Assembly (NCBI GenBank): GCA_965237905.1
Contig: OZ250172.1
Coordinates: 288,001-352,000 of the forward strand
DNA: 64,000 bases
Origin: Nitrospinaceae bacterium
Lineage (GTDB): Bacteria > Nitrospinota > Nitrospinia > Nitrospinales > Nitrospinaceae
Direction: 5' to 3'
A program made the translations under genes and the position numbers. Under the pieces are notes generated by a model that was not told the origin of the DNA, made no database searches, and was given only the letters and a program-made list of their open reading frames with translations. Shown in pieces: positions 1 to 9,747 of this stretch (positions are counted from its first letter, which is position 1; every line of letters begins with the position of its first letter).

Positions 1-10
1 GGTTTAAATT

Positions 11-30
11 GAGTCCAGCGTCACGCTGGT
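11..30. repeat. REP-like palindrome GAGTCCAGCGTCACGCTGGT, copy 1
   Basis: Identical 20-mer at 30783-30802. Internal inverted repeat CCAGCGT-C-ACGCTGG. Lies directly at the 3' end of the 31..867 gene. Confidence 0.7.
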
Positions 31-867
31 TTATAGCGACAGGTCATTCCATTGTTTGCCGTCGTAACGCAGGACGGTGCCGTTTTCCCCGCAGGCATAA
101 ACTTGTTCTGGCCCCAAACCTCGCACCTTGGTCAGATAGTTGTCGTTGCCCGATTCCATGGGGCTCCATTGCTTGCCGTCGTGATGGAGGATAACGGCAT
201 TGTCACCGACCGCGAAAATATGATCGTCTGCGGTGCCCCAAACTGCCAAAAGGTATTCCTGGGTGCCGGATTCCATGGATGTCCACTCCTCGCCGTTAAA
301 ATGCAGGATGGTGCCCTCCGACCCGACGATGTAGACGCTGTTGTTACCCGTGCCCCAGACGCCATAAAGAGAGACGGTCTCTTCGGTCAATTCTTCACGG
401 CGCTGAAAGGTTGTGCCGTCGTAGAACCGGTAAATGCCTTCGCCGCCGACCGCGTGGATATGCTCGATATCTTCTCCCCAGAACCCAAACAGATCGTGGA
501 TGGTATTGGGTTCGCGGTATTCCCAGGACTTGCCGTTCCAAAACAACACACGCCCCCCCACCCCGAATATGAAAAGATGGTCCGAGTCGTAGCCATAAAC
601 CGAGTTGAGCGAGTCAAAATTCCCGGTATCGATCACCTTCCAGTCCTTGCCTTCATAATGGAGCACCACGCCGCCGATGCCGACTGCGTAGATATCGTTT
701 TCATGCGCGGCCCAGATGCCCATCAGGGGGTTGGCGTTGTCAGTGCGCACGGGAGTCCAGTCTTCCCCGTCATAATGCTGGGGGATGCCGTCTTTCCCGA
801 CCACGTAAATGCTGTCTTCCCGGAGAGGACAGATGTCCAGCAGGTCCGGTTTTTCACCTGTAAACAT
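31..867 (-). CDS. Repeat protein, probable beta-propeller (about seven ~40-aa LxGVWG...IYAVG..G.ILHYDG..W repeats)
   Basis: 278-aa ORF with clear internal repeats. No signal peptide visible. Confidence 0.8.
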   Translation of the reverse strand: MFTGEKPDLLDICPLREDSIYVVGKDGIPQHYDGEDWTPVRTDNANPLMGIWAAHENDIYAVGIGGVVLHYEGKDWKVIDTGNFDSLNSVYGYDSDHLFIFGVGGRVLFWNGKSWEYREPNTIHDLFGFWGEDIEHIHAVGGEGIYRFYDGTTFQRREELTEETVSLYGVWGTGNNSVYIVGSEGTILHFNGEEWTSMESGTQEYLLAVWGTADDHIFAVGDNAVILHHDGKQWSPMESGNDNYLTKVRGLGPEQVYACGENGTVLRYDGKQWNDLSL

Positions 868-935
868 AGAGTACGGCTACCTTTCTCGTTATCCCTAAGA
901 ACTTTACATCCCAGATAAGAGGAGTTGCAACCCTT

Positions 936-1070
936 TTCCCCTCCTTAGCAAGGAAGGGATACAGGGGAGGTTACGATAATTTTCTTCTTCCCTGCTTTTA
1001 TAGTTGCCTGAATCGTGAGCAGGTTTAAAAATCAACCCCACCTCAGTCCTCCCCTTGGTAAGGGGAGGAG
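936..1070. repeat. Inverted pair of 37-nt REP-like elements (CCCCTT/CTCCTT-N3-AAGG hairpin plus G-rich tail)
   Basis: 936-972 and the reverse complement of 1034-1070 match at about 25/37 nt by hand alignment. Perfect 10-bp stem TCCTCCCCTT-GGT-AAGGGGAGGA at 1047-1069. Confidence 0.6.
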
Positions 1071-1208
1071 GATATTGGAGCTGGCGTTATGCTAGGTGGA
1101 ACAAAAGGTGTTTATTGTAACTGAAACCGGGGGCCACTCAATTAAAAGGATGGCGGGGAGCAGTAAATTCTGATTGGCGGGAGGGTATTTCAGGATGGGG
1201 TCTAAGGC

Positions 1209-2108
1209 TCAGGCCTCTTCTCCCCCCTGTCCCAGGCGGAAAACCAGATTTTCCAGGTTCGGAAGATTGGGGGAATTTTTGATCATCTCCTGAGCTTCGT
1301 CGTTGATGTCATTATGAATCAGCACCAGGCTTTTCAGATTTTTGAGATATTTGGATTCTGCAATCGCGCGGGCGCCCTCATCGGTGATTTCGCATTCGTA
1401 CAAATCGAGCAGAGTGATGTTTTGCATATTCTCCGAATTCGCGATGGCCTGAATGCCTTCGTTGCCGATGGGGTTGAACGTCATCGTCAACTGTTCCAGG
1501 TTTTTGAGGGTTTCGGAATTGGCCAGGGCTATCGCGCCTTCGGTTTCGATAAAGTTCCAGTTAAGATTGAGCTCCGTCAACTTGGACAGATTGGAAGACT
1601 GGGCGATGGCCTTCGCTCCATCGTTTCCGATATTGTTGCGGTAGATAGATAACTGGTTGAGCCGCGTCAGGCTTTTCGAGTTCGCGATTGCCGCCACCCC
1701 TTCATCCCCCAAGCCGTCACCGAGCCACAGCGAGACCAGGTTTCCCATAATATTGGATTCCGCCAGGGCCTTGGCACCTTCCACCGACACTTTATTGTCG
1801 CTGAGTATCAACTCGGAAAGGTTCAGCATGGATTTGGATTTGGCCATGGCCTTGACACCCTCATTCGTCACTTCATTTTTAAACAGGTTGAGGACGGTCA
1901 GGTTTTTCATGGTCGGGCATTCGAGAATCGCCCGCAATCCGTCATCGCCAATTTCGTTGAACTCGAGAAACAGCGCGGTGACTCCCTTGACCTCACCGCT
2001 TTTCATGATCTCGATGATATCCTCGTCCTTCAGTTCCTTTTCCCGCAAATCGAGTTCGCTGTTCTCGATATTGAGTCCTTCTTTCACCAAATCTGCCGTG
2101 TCGACCAT
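1209..2108 (-). CDS. Leucine-rich repeat protein (RI/GALA-like, ~28-aa repeats)
   Basis: Repeats of LxxLxLxxNxIGxEGAxAIAxS. SD AGGAGG upstream of the ATG. Confidence 0.9.
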   Translation of the reverse strand: MVDTADLVKEGLNIENSELDLREKELKDEDIIEIMKSGEVKGVTALFLEFNEIGDDGLRAILECPTMKNLTVLNLFKNEVTNEGVKAMAKSKSMLNLSELILSDNKVSVEGAKALAESNIMGNLVSLWLGDGLGDEGVAAIANSKSLTRLNQLSIYRNNIGNDGAKAIAQSSNLSKLTELNLNWNFIETEGAIALANSETLKNLEQLTMTFNPIGNEGIQAIANSENMQNITLLDLYECEITDEGARAIAESKYLKNLKSLVLIHNDINDEAQEMIKNSPNLPNLENLVFRLGQGGEEA

Positions 2109-2331
2109 AATTCCTCCTTGCCCTCTTTGTCTGAAATGGATGTAAGAGGACTATTCTAGAAAAACCAACTGCTTTGTAAAGGGTTAATTTTAAAAGTTTG
2201 AAGCCACACCTTGTGAGAAGGCAGGGAGGTTGATATGATAGCCGGGCCTTGCCACCGGCAGGGGGAGCACTAGAATGTTGGTTTACTTGCACTTAACCTT
2301 AAAATCGCCGTTTATACAGAGACCTTTTTCA

Positions 2332-3324
2332 ATGACCCGGAATATCGAAGAAATCACCGCCACCGTCCAGCAGTCCAGCCAATTCATCCCGAAGATGATC
2401 CAGGAAATGGAGCGCATCATCGTCGGCCAGCGCTATTTGATCGATCGGCTGATCCTCGGCCTGTTGACGGGCGAACACATTCTGGTCGAGGGCGTTCCCG
2501 GTCTGGCCAAGACCACCGCCGTTAAAACTCTGGCCCAAACCGTCGAAGCCAGCTTCAAGCGCATTCAATTCACCCCGGACCTGCTTCCGGCGGATTTGAT
2601 CGGCACGCAGGTTTACCAACCGAAGACCGAAGAGTTTGTCGTGAAGAAAGGTCCCCTCTTCGCCAACATCATTCTGGCGGATGAAATCAATCGTGCCCCC
2701 GCCAAAGTGCAGAGCGCGCTTTTGGAAGCCATGGAGGAACGACAGATCACTATTGGCGGCGAAACCTTTCTCCTACCCGATCCGTTCATGGTGATGGCCA
2801 CGCAGAACCCCATCGAACAGGAAGGCACTTATCCTCTGCCGGAAGCGCAGGTCGACCGTTTCGTCTTCAAGCTGAAAATCGACTACCCCTCCAAGGCAGA
2901 AGAAAAGCAGATCATTCAAAAGGTATCGTCGTCCAACAATCATTCCAAAATCAACGCCGTGATCCATCCGGAGGAAATCGCCAAGGCCCGGGAAGTTTAC
3001 GAATCCATTTATATCGACGAAAACCTGCAGGACTACATCGTCAATCTGGTCGCCGCCACGCGGTCACCGGAAACCCACAATCTCAATTCCCTGAAGGCGA
3101 TGATTCAATACGGCGCGTCGCCGCGTGCATCCATTTTTCTGAACCGGGTATCTAAAGCCTACGCCTTCATGCAGGGGCGCGGGTACGTGGTGCCGCACGA
3201 TATCAAAACCATCGGATTTGACATCATGCGTCACCGTCTCATCCTGACTTACGAGGCGGAGGCCGAAAACGTGACCCCCGACGAGATATTGAAAAAAATA
3301 TTCGATACCATTGAGGTCCCCTAA
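2332..3324 (+). CDS. moxR: MoxR family AAA+ ATPase
   Basis: GVPGLAKT Walker A, RIQFTPDLLPADLIG, LADEINRAPAKVQSALLEAM, ATQNPIEQEGTYPLPEAQVDRF. ATG 2332 preferred over 2275. Confidence 0.95.
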   Translation: MTRNIEEITATVQQSSQFIPKMIQEMERIIVGQRYLIDRLILGLLTGEHILVEGVPGLAKTTAVKTLAQTVEASFKRIQFTPDLLPADLIGTQVYQPKTEEFVVKKGPLFANIILADEINRAPAKVQSALLEAMEERQITIGGETFLLPDPFMVMATQNPIEQEGTYPLPEAQVDRFVFKLKIDYPSKAEEKQIIQKVSSSNNHSKINAVIHPEEIAKAREVYESIYIDENLQDYIVNLVAATRSPETHNLNSLKAMIQYGASPRASIFLNRVSKAYAFMQGRGYVVPHDIKTIGFDIMRHRLILTYEAEAENVTPDEILKKIFDTIEVP

Positions 3325-3332
3325 AATCACTC

Positions 3333-4280
3333 ATGTTTCCCTTTTTGCAAAAATTGACCGGATCGTTCCACGAGCCCCCTCCGCCGCCGGATGAGTTTGA
3401 AAAATCCATTTCACCGGAGCTGATCAAAAAAATTCGAGATATCCAGGTGAAGACTAATCATCTGGTCAATCACATGATGGCTGGGGAATACGTGTCCGCC
3501 TTCAAAGGCCGGGGCATGGAGTTCAGCGAAGTGCGCGAATACGAACCGGGCGACGATGTGCGGCTGATCGACTGGAACGTGACCGCCCGCATGGGTCACC
3601 TCTACATCAAAGAGTTTAAGGAAGAGCGCGAGCTCACTGTCATGCTGTTGGTGGATGTCAGCTCGTCAGGTGAATTCGGGTCGGTGGAGAAACTCAAAAA
3701 CGAAGTGGCGGCAGAAATCGCCTCGGTGCTGGCGTTCTCGGCCATCAAAAACAACGACAAGGTCGGGCTGATCGTATTTTCGGACAAGATCGAACAATAT
3801 ATCCTGCCGCAGAAAGGCCGCGCCCATATCTGGAACCTGATCCGCACCATCCTCAATTTTGTGCCGGAAGGGCGTCACACAGATTTGAATCTGCCTCTCG
3901 AATATTTGTTGCGAGTACAAAAGAGAAAATCCGTGGCATTCCTGATTTCAGATTTTCAGGCGGAAGGGTATTTGCGGAACCTGCGGTTGGTCCGGCAAAA
4001 ACATGACCTGATTGCCATCTCCATTACCGATCCACGGGAATATGAATTGCCTGACGTGGGCTGGGTGCATCTGGAAGATGCGGAAACCGGGGAAACGCTT
4101 TTAGTCGATACCGCCGACCGGAAAATGGTCGGGCAATGGTCTCAGCTTAAAATGAAGGAGCGGCAGGATCGAAAAAAACAGTTCCATGCCCACGGAGTGG
4201 ACATCGTAGAAGTCCGTACCGACCAGTCATTAACGCAACCATTGATCCGGTTCTTTAAAATGAGAGAAAAGAGACACTGA
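3333..4280 (+). CDS. DUF58 family protein (MoxR-associated)
   Basis: FKGRGMEFSEVREYEPGDDVRLIDWNVTAR ... EERELT motif. Follows moxR. Confidence 0.93.
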   Translation: MFPFLQKLTGSFHEPPPPPDEFEKSISPELIKKIRDIQVKTNHLVNHMMAGEYVSAFKGRGMEFSEVREYEPGDDVRLIDWNVTARMGHLYIKEFKEERELTVMLLVDVSSSGEFGSVEKLKNEVAAEIASVLAFSAIKNNDKVGLIVFSDKIEQYILPQKGRAHIWNLIRTILNFVPEGRHTDLNLPLEYLLRVQKRKSVAFLISDFQAEGYLRNLRLVRQKHDLIAISITDPREYELPDVGWVHLEDAETGETLLVDTADRKMVGQWSQLKMKERQDRKKQFHAHGVDIVEVRTDQSLTQPLIRFFKMREKRH

Positions 4281-4282
4281 AA

Positions 4283-4798
4283 ATGCCAACACCCGACGAA
4301 AAAGAAGTTGACGATCCCAACAGCCGCAAATTGCCGCCCGTGAACCACGAACCCGGTAAAACTTCCGGGATTCGGATACCGACGGCGGGAGTGAGCACCA
4401 AACTAAAAGTCTTCGTGATCGGATTGACGTTTCTCACGATAGCGGTTTTTAGTGTGTTCTCTGTAATGTTTATCAAAAAGATGTTCGTCAAACAAACTGA
4501 TAACGTAACGTGGGGACCCCAACTGGTGACGATTGCCGAAGAGCTGAAAGACAAGGGACTCAAGCCGCAGGCCATCGAACACTATCAAAAATACCTAAAC
4601 ACCCAGGAGGTGGACCTGAAAACCCGTTCCTGGATTTCCTTTGACATCGCCACACTGTATGTCGAGCTTGGCAAATGCGACGATGCTGTGGTCTGGTTCC
4701 TCCACGCAAAAGCCGCGCAACCTACCGCACCCTGGGTCCAGAAATCGGAAGTTCAGTTGCAATCATGCCGGAGCCGATCAAAACCATCTCAACAATAA
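4283..4798 (+). CDS. Membrane-anchored TPR-like protein
   Basis: One hydrophobic TM segment followed by TPR-like helices. 2-nt gap after DUF58 and TAATG overlap with the next gene. Confidence 0.7.
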   Translation: MPTPDEKEVDDPNSRKLPPVNHEPGKTSGIRIPTAGVSTKLKVFVIGLTFLTIAVFSVFSVMFIKKMFVKQTDNVTWGPQLVTIAEELKDKGLKPQAIEHYQKYLNTQEVDLKTRSWISFDIATLYVELGKCDDAVVWFLHAKAAQPTAPWVQKSEVQLQSCRSRSKPSQQ

Positions 4799-5832
4799 TG
4801 AATATGATGAAGCGTACCTCTCCGGCCTTATTGAATTACTGGCGAGGATTGCTCATGGTGCTGGGGGTAGTGCTGGCACCCCTGCCGGTTTTTGCGGACG
4901 CAACGGTCCCATCCCCCATCTCGGCTGAGACCCGCGTCAGCCAACGCCAGGTCACCATCGGGGATATCGTCACCTACTCCATCGTCGTCCGCCACGATGC
5001 CGGCATTCATGTCCTTCCGCCAGACCCTGCCGCCCATTTTGAAAAAGGGTTTGAATATGTCGATCAGGGAACCTCTGAGCCTGGAGAAATAGCGGGCCAA
5101 CAGGAAGAGACCTTCTGGTTCAAGGTCCGGGCGGATGCCGTCGGGTTCTACAACCTCCCCAAAATTCCCATTGAGTTTACAAGTCCGTCGCCCGACGATC
5201 CGTCTCATCCCATACCCGGAACCTTGCAAGCGCCGGAGGCGGTGATTGAAATCCGTTCGGTTCTTTTTCAGGATGGCGAACCGAACGACATTAAAGACAT
5301 CAAACCCATCATCGGGGCGGGGTGGGACTGGCAAAGATATCTCCAGTGGATTCTTTTGGGCCTGGTGGTTCTGGCGATGGTTGCAGGGTTTATCTGGTGG
5401 TTCAAGAAAACGAAAAAACCTCCCGCGCTGGCGTCCGCTTCGGCTCCGGATTTAAAACCGCATGAAATCGCTTTGGCGGAGCTCGATCAACTGCTGGCCA
5501 AAAAACTGCTCGAAAGCGGACAGGTCCGGGAGCATTATTTTGAGTTATCGGAAATTTTTCGGCGCTATCTGGGCACGCTCCTGTCGATCCCTGCACTGGA
5601 CTGGACCACGGAAGAAATCGGCACCTATGTATCCGGTCATGGCAAAATGGATGCCGCTGTACGGCAAACCATTCTTTCTCTGCTTCCGGCAACGGACCAA
5701 GTCAAATTTGCGAAGGCCCCGGTCGAACTGCAAACGGCGTTCGACCATGTCGCGGCAGTGCGCGATTTTATACGGACCACGACACCGGAAATCACATCCA
5801 AGTTTCAGGTCAAATCGCCAACGGCGGCTTAA
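4798..5832 (+). CDS. Bat-locus protein (BatD-like Ig domain, TM helix, DUF4381-like helical C-terminus)
   Basis: Signal peptide, VTIGDIVTY, DIKDIKP-TM, EHYFELSEIFRRYL..ALDWTTEE. Start at 4798, or possibly 4804/4807. Confidence 0.8.
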   Translation: MNMMKRTSPALLNYWRGLLMVLGVVLAPLPVFADATVPSPISAETRVSQRQVTIGDIVTYSIVVRHDAGIHVLPPDPAAHFEKGFEYVDQGTSEPGEIAGQQEETFWFKVRADAVGFYNLPKIPIEFTSPSPDDPSHPIPGTLQAPEAVIEIRSVLFQDGEPNDIKDIKPIIGAGWDWQRYLQWILLGLVVLAMVAGFIWWFKKTKKPPALASASAPDLKPHEIALAELDQLLAKKLLESGQVREHYFELSEIFRRYLGTLLSIPALDWTTEEIGTYVSGHGKMDAAVRQTILSLLPATDQVKFAKAPVELQTAFDHVAAVRDFIRTTTPEITSKFQVKSPTAA

Positions 5833-5844
5833 AGTTAAAAAATT

Positions 5845-6843
5845 ATGAGTTATTTTCAGTTTCAGGACCCCTGGTTGTTTCTGCTTCTAGCCGTCATCCC
5901 GCTACTCATTTATCGGGCCCTGAAAAGCCGCCCGGCAACCCTCCATTTTTCCTCACTCGGTTCCCTGAAAACCCTGCACCGCAGAGGAGTGGATTTTCTC
6001 GCCGCCACACCCCTGATCCTCAGATGTCTCGCCATCGTTTTGCTGGTGACGGCACTGGCCCGCCCGCAGGAAGGACGCAAGAGCACCGAAATCCTGTCCG
6101 CCGGAGTAGACATCCTGCTGGCCATCGACACTTCGGGAAGCATGCGGGCGATGGATTTCGAAAAGAATCATCAGCCGGTCGACCGGTTGACGGTGGTCAA
6201 GGACGTGGTCAGCGAATTCATCGACAGCCGCGAGTTTGACCGCATGGGGATGGTGGTGTTCGGAAACGAAGCGTTCACCCAATGTCCCCTTACTTTGGAC
6301 CACGACATCCTCCACTCGTTCCTGAACAAACTGCAAATCGGCGTGGCGGGAGATTCCACAGCCATCGGCTCGGCAATTGGAATTTCCGTGAAGCGACTGA
6401 AGGATCTGGAATCCAAATCGAAAGTGATTATCCTGCTGACCGACGGCCGAAACAATGTACAGAACATCACCCCATTCCAGGCGGCGGAGATTGCGAAAAC
6501 CTACGGTATCAAAATTTACACGGTGGGTGTGGGAACCACAGGCCAGGCTCCTTTTCCAATAAACACTCCTTTCGGACAGCAAATGCTGATGCAGAGAGCC
6601 GGAATAGACGAGGACTCTCTGAAAAAGATCGCCGCACAAACCGGCGGGCGGTATTTCCGCGCTACCGACTCGGATTCATTGAAACAGATTTATGCGCAGA
6701 TCGATTCCCTGGAAAAATCGGAAGTTAAATGGATCGACCACTCCGAATACCGGGAACTGTTTCCCCTGTTCCTGATTCCCGCCCTGCTACTGGTGTTCGC
6801 CGAAATGCTTCTCACTCAAACGCGTTTGCGGAGGGTGCCCTGA
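5845..6843 (+). CDS. batA: VWA domain protein BatA
   Basis: N-terminal F.dPw.LlLl, LARPQ, MIDAS DTSGSM, LLTDG, IYTVGVG. Confidence 0.9.
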   Translation: MSYFQFQDPWLFLLLAVIPLLIYRALKSRPATLHFSSLGSLKTLHRRGVDFLAATPLILRCLAIVLLVTALARPQEGRKSTEILSAGVDILLAIDTSGSMRAMDFEKNHQPVDRLTVVKDVVSEFIDSREFDRMGMVVFGNEAFTQCPLTLDHDILHSFLNKLQIGVAGDSTAIGSAIGISVKRLKDLESKSKVIILLTDGRNNVQNITPFQAAEIAKTYGIKIYTVGVGTTGQAPFPINTPFGQQMLMQRAGIDEDSLKKIAAQTGGRYFRATDSDSLKQIYAQIDSLEKSEVKWIDHSEYRELFPLFLIPALLLVFAEMLLTQTRLRRVP

Positions 6844-6844
6844 C

Positions 6845-7828
6845 ATGCGGTTCGGCGAGCCTCTTTATTTTTATTTGATCATTCTGATTCCATTGTTGAT
6901 CGGATTCATGATCTGGGCAGAGAAGAAAAGAAAAGCGCTATCCGCCCAATTCGTGGACGCCTCCCTTTTATCCCGTCTGGTCAGCCCCAGGGTCGTGGAA
7001 CAACGCCGTCGGAAAACCAAACTTCTGATATGGGGCCTTGTGTTTTTGATGATCGCGCTGGCCCAGCCGCGCTGGGGATTCCAATGGGAAGATTTGAAGC
7101 AGAGAGGCGTGGATATTATCGTGGCGCTCGACGTGTCCAACAGCATGCGGGCAACGGACATCAAACCCAGCCGCCTGGAGCGGGCCAAACACAAGGTGGC
7201 GGACCTGTTACGCATGTTAAAGGGAGACCGGGTCGGTCTGGTCGCGTTTGCCGGGGCCAGCTTTCTGCATTGTCCGTTGACTCTCGATTACCAGGCGGCG
7301 GAAATGTTCCTGGGCGCGTTGGATACCGACCTGATCCCTCTACAGGGCACCGCCCTCGGTCATGCGATCAAAACTTCCATCCAGGCGTTCAGCACGACGG
7401 AAAAGAAATCGAAAGCCATCCTTCTCATCACTGACGGCGAGGATCACGAAGGCGCGGTTTTGAAAGCCATTCAACAGGCGCAAAAAGAAGGGGTGAAGAT
7501 TTTTGTGATCGGCATCGGCCGGGAGGAAGGAGTGCCCGTGCCCGATCCATCCGGCGGATTCAAACGCAACCGGTCGGGAGAAATCGTGCTGTCCAAAATC
7601 AACGAACCGCTTCTTGAGAAAATCGCCGTGGAGTCCGGGGGCGCCTATGTGCGCTCCGTGCATGGCGACATGGACCTGCGCACCATCTATCTGGAGGAGA
7701 TTCAGCAATCCATGGAAAAGAAAGAATTGAAATCGTCGCGCCGCAAACGGTGGACCGAACGGTTCCAATGGTTGATATTCGCCGGGTTGCTGTGCCTCGC
7801 AGGCGAACGCTGGGTCCGGGAAAAATAA
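6845..7828 (+). CDS. batB: VWA domain protein BatB
   Basis: ALAQPRWG, DVSNSM, DIKPSRLERAK, ITDGEDHEG. Confidence 0.88.
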   Translation: MRFGEPLYFYLIILIPLLIGFMIWAEKKRKALSAQFVDASLLSRLVSPRVVEQRRRKTKLLIWGLVFLMIALAQPRWGFQWEDLKQRGVDIIVALDVSNSMRATDIKPSRLERAKHKVADLLRMLKGDRVGLVAFAGASFLHCPLTLDYQAAEMFLGALDTDLIPLQGTALGHAIKTSIQAFSTTEKKSKAILLITDGEDHEGAVLKAIQQAQKEGVKIFVIGIGREEGVPVPDPSGGFKRNRSGEIVLSKINEPLLEKIAVESGGAYVRSVHGDMDLRTIYLEEIQQSMEKKELKSSRRKRWTERFQWLIFAGLLCLAGERWVREK

Positions 7829-7953
7829 GCTTTGATCCTTTCCTTTAATAAAAACGGTTTGTCTAATTGAAAAATAAACCGCAAAATAGAGCTTCTTTGA
7901 TATAACCCGAATATAGCAGGAATGTATTCAAAACAATAATCATCCGGTCACTT

Positions 7954-8733
7954 ATGCCATACGAAAAGAAATCACAACCAGCTAACGGTCAGGAAGGAAC
8001 GGAATCAGGACCTCCTATTATTCTTGATGATACGGCTTGGGTTCTTGAATGGGCTTCTACGAAAGAACCTGTTGAGTTTAAACACAAAGAATGGATTGAG
8101 GTTAACGATCTACGCATCCGCAAAGTGCCCTATTTGGCAATTTGCAAATATTGCGACGAAGACGAAGATGAAAATGAAGATGCGTTCCTTCTATGTTACT
8201 GCGATGAAGCGTGGGAGGTTATTACGTCAACCAACTGCAAATCCATTGAAGAAGCAAGAACCAGGGCAGAGACAGACTATCGAAACATTTCCAGTCAATG
8301 GATTAAAATGGATACTACGGAAGAGCAAGCTAAAGCCGCTTTCTACAAGGGAAAGTCGATCTTTTTGTTTTTCGGACGTCTTATAACCAATAGCGTATGC
8401 ACTGTTATAGTGGCTGTTGATTTATGCAGATATCTATTGAATCCGGAAATACCGCCAAATTTATGGAGAATATCAATTTGCACCATAATTCTTTTAATAC
8501 TAAATCCTCTAAAACGGGTCATTTCTGTTTCTTTTATGGTTTGTGGTGTTGCCGGCGGAGTCATCCTGGTGAACGTGGGCATGCAATTGTTCGACTACCA
8601 ATTCTTTTCGACGCCGCTTCCTTTGACTTCGGATGAATACCTATACCGAGCCGGTGTAAGTGTTTGTCTTTTATCCATCAGCGCTTTTCAGATCTGGAGG
8701 ACCAGGAAAAAAGAGGCTCGCTTCATAGTCTAA
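7954..8733 (+). CDS. Hypothetical protein: soluble N-terminal domain plus ~4 TM helices
   Basis: 259-aa ORF, visibly AT-richer than the flanking bat genes. Confidence 0.65.
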   Translation: MPYEKKSQPANGQEGTESGPPIILDDTAWVLEWASTKEPVEFKHKEWIEVNDLRIRKVPYLAICKYCDEDEDENEDAFLLCYCDEAWEVITSTNCKSIEEARTRAETDYRNISSQWIKMDTTEEQAKAAFYKGKSIFLFFGRLITNSVCTVIVAVDLCRYLLNPEIPPNLWRISICTIILLILNPLKRVISVSFMVCGVAGGVILVNVGMQLFDYQFFSTPLPLTSDEYLYRAGVSVCLLSISAFQIWRTRKKEARFIV

Positions 8734-8947
8734 CCTGACGCTTAACACTTCATTCCAAAATATGAGACGGAGAAAGCGGTGCCCGCGAAAAATAAGCCCT
8801 CGCAAGTGTGATTTTTGGTACAATACAGACATTAGAGCAATAACCCTCTGTCTTTTAAAGTTTTACAATACATTGACAACCGGGTTAAACCATCTTATTT
8901 AATAGAAAGTAATTCTTTTCGAGTTAATTTTTTCAGGAGTTCAAATA

Positions 8948-9655
8948 ATGGAAGACTATTCCAAACCCAGATATCAAAGCCAGGATGCCATCGCTGGAGA
9001 ACAACAGCGCTTCATGGTGCGCGTCTACAACTGGATGGGCGCCGGTCTGGCACTGACTGGAGGAATGGCCTGGTTTACCAGCACCAATGAAACCATTCTC
9101 AATATTCTGGTTGCCAACCCCATACTATTCATTGGTCTATTTATCGTTGAACTCGGCTTGGTGTTTTATCTGGCTGCACGGGTCATGCAAATGTCGGTAA
9201 GTCAAGCCAGCGGAGTCTTTTTCCTGTATGCCAGCTTGAACGGGGTAACCCTGGCACCGCTATTTTTGCTCTACACCAGCGCATCCCTGGCCTCCACATT
9301 TCTGGTAACGGCGGGCATGTTCGGGGCGATGAGTTTTTACGGTTATACCACCAAGAAGGATCTGACCTCGTGGGGCAGTTTTCTGTTTATGGGATTGATC
9401 GGGATCATCCTCGCGTCCATCGTGAACATGTTTATGAACAGTTCGGCGCTTTACTGGATTATCACTTACGCCGGGATTCTGATTTTCGTCGGGTTGACTG
9501 CTTACGATACCCAGAAAATCAAGGAAATGAACATCCTCGGCAACGAAGGCACCGATGAAGATACCAAAGAGGCGATTCGGGGAGCATTGTCGCTTTACCT
9601 GGATTTCCTCAACCTGTTCCTCATGATGCTCAGGGTGATGGGCACACGGCGGTAA
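8948..9655 (+). CDS. Bax inhibitor-1/YccA (YbhL-like) membrane protein
   Basis: VYNWM, GYTTKKDL, GLTAYDTQKIK, GALSLYLDFLNLF. SD AGGAG. Confidence 0.93.
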   Translation: MEDYSKPRYQSQDAIAGEQQRFMVRVYNWMGAGLALTGGMAWFTSTNETILNILVANPILFIGLFIVELGLVFYLAARVMQMSVSQASGVFFLYASLNGVTLAPLFLLYTSASLASTFLVTAGMFGAMSFYGYTTKKDLTSWGSFLFMGLIGIILASIVNMFMNSSALYWIITYAGILIFVGLTAYDTQKIKEMNILGNEGTDEDTKEAIRGALSLYLDFLNLFLMMLRVMGTRR

Positions 9656-9681
9656 ATCCTACACTCATATCTGTCACTGAC

Positions 9682-9717
9682 AAGGGTTCCCCTGTTTTAG
9701 GGGACCCTTTTATTTTT
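9682..9717 (+). terminator. Intrinsic terminator after the BI-1 gene
   Basis: AAGGGTTCCCCT-loop-AGGGGACCCTTT followed by a T-rich tail. Confidence 0.7.
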
Positions 9718-9747
9718 GGTGAGAAGTTTTAATGGTAAAATTACCTC

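Noticed and set aside
52..918. 288-aa plus-strand ORF
   Set aside because: Antisense shadow of the repeat protein 31..867.
1078..1093. GAGCTGGCGTTATGC resembling an attC right end
   Set aside because: No matching GCATAAC left arm found upstream.
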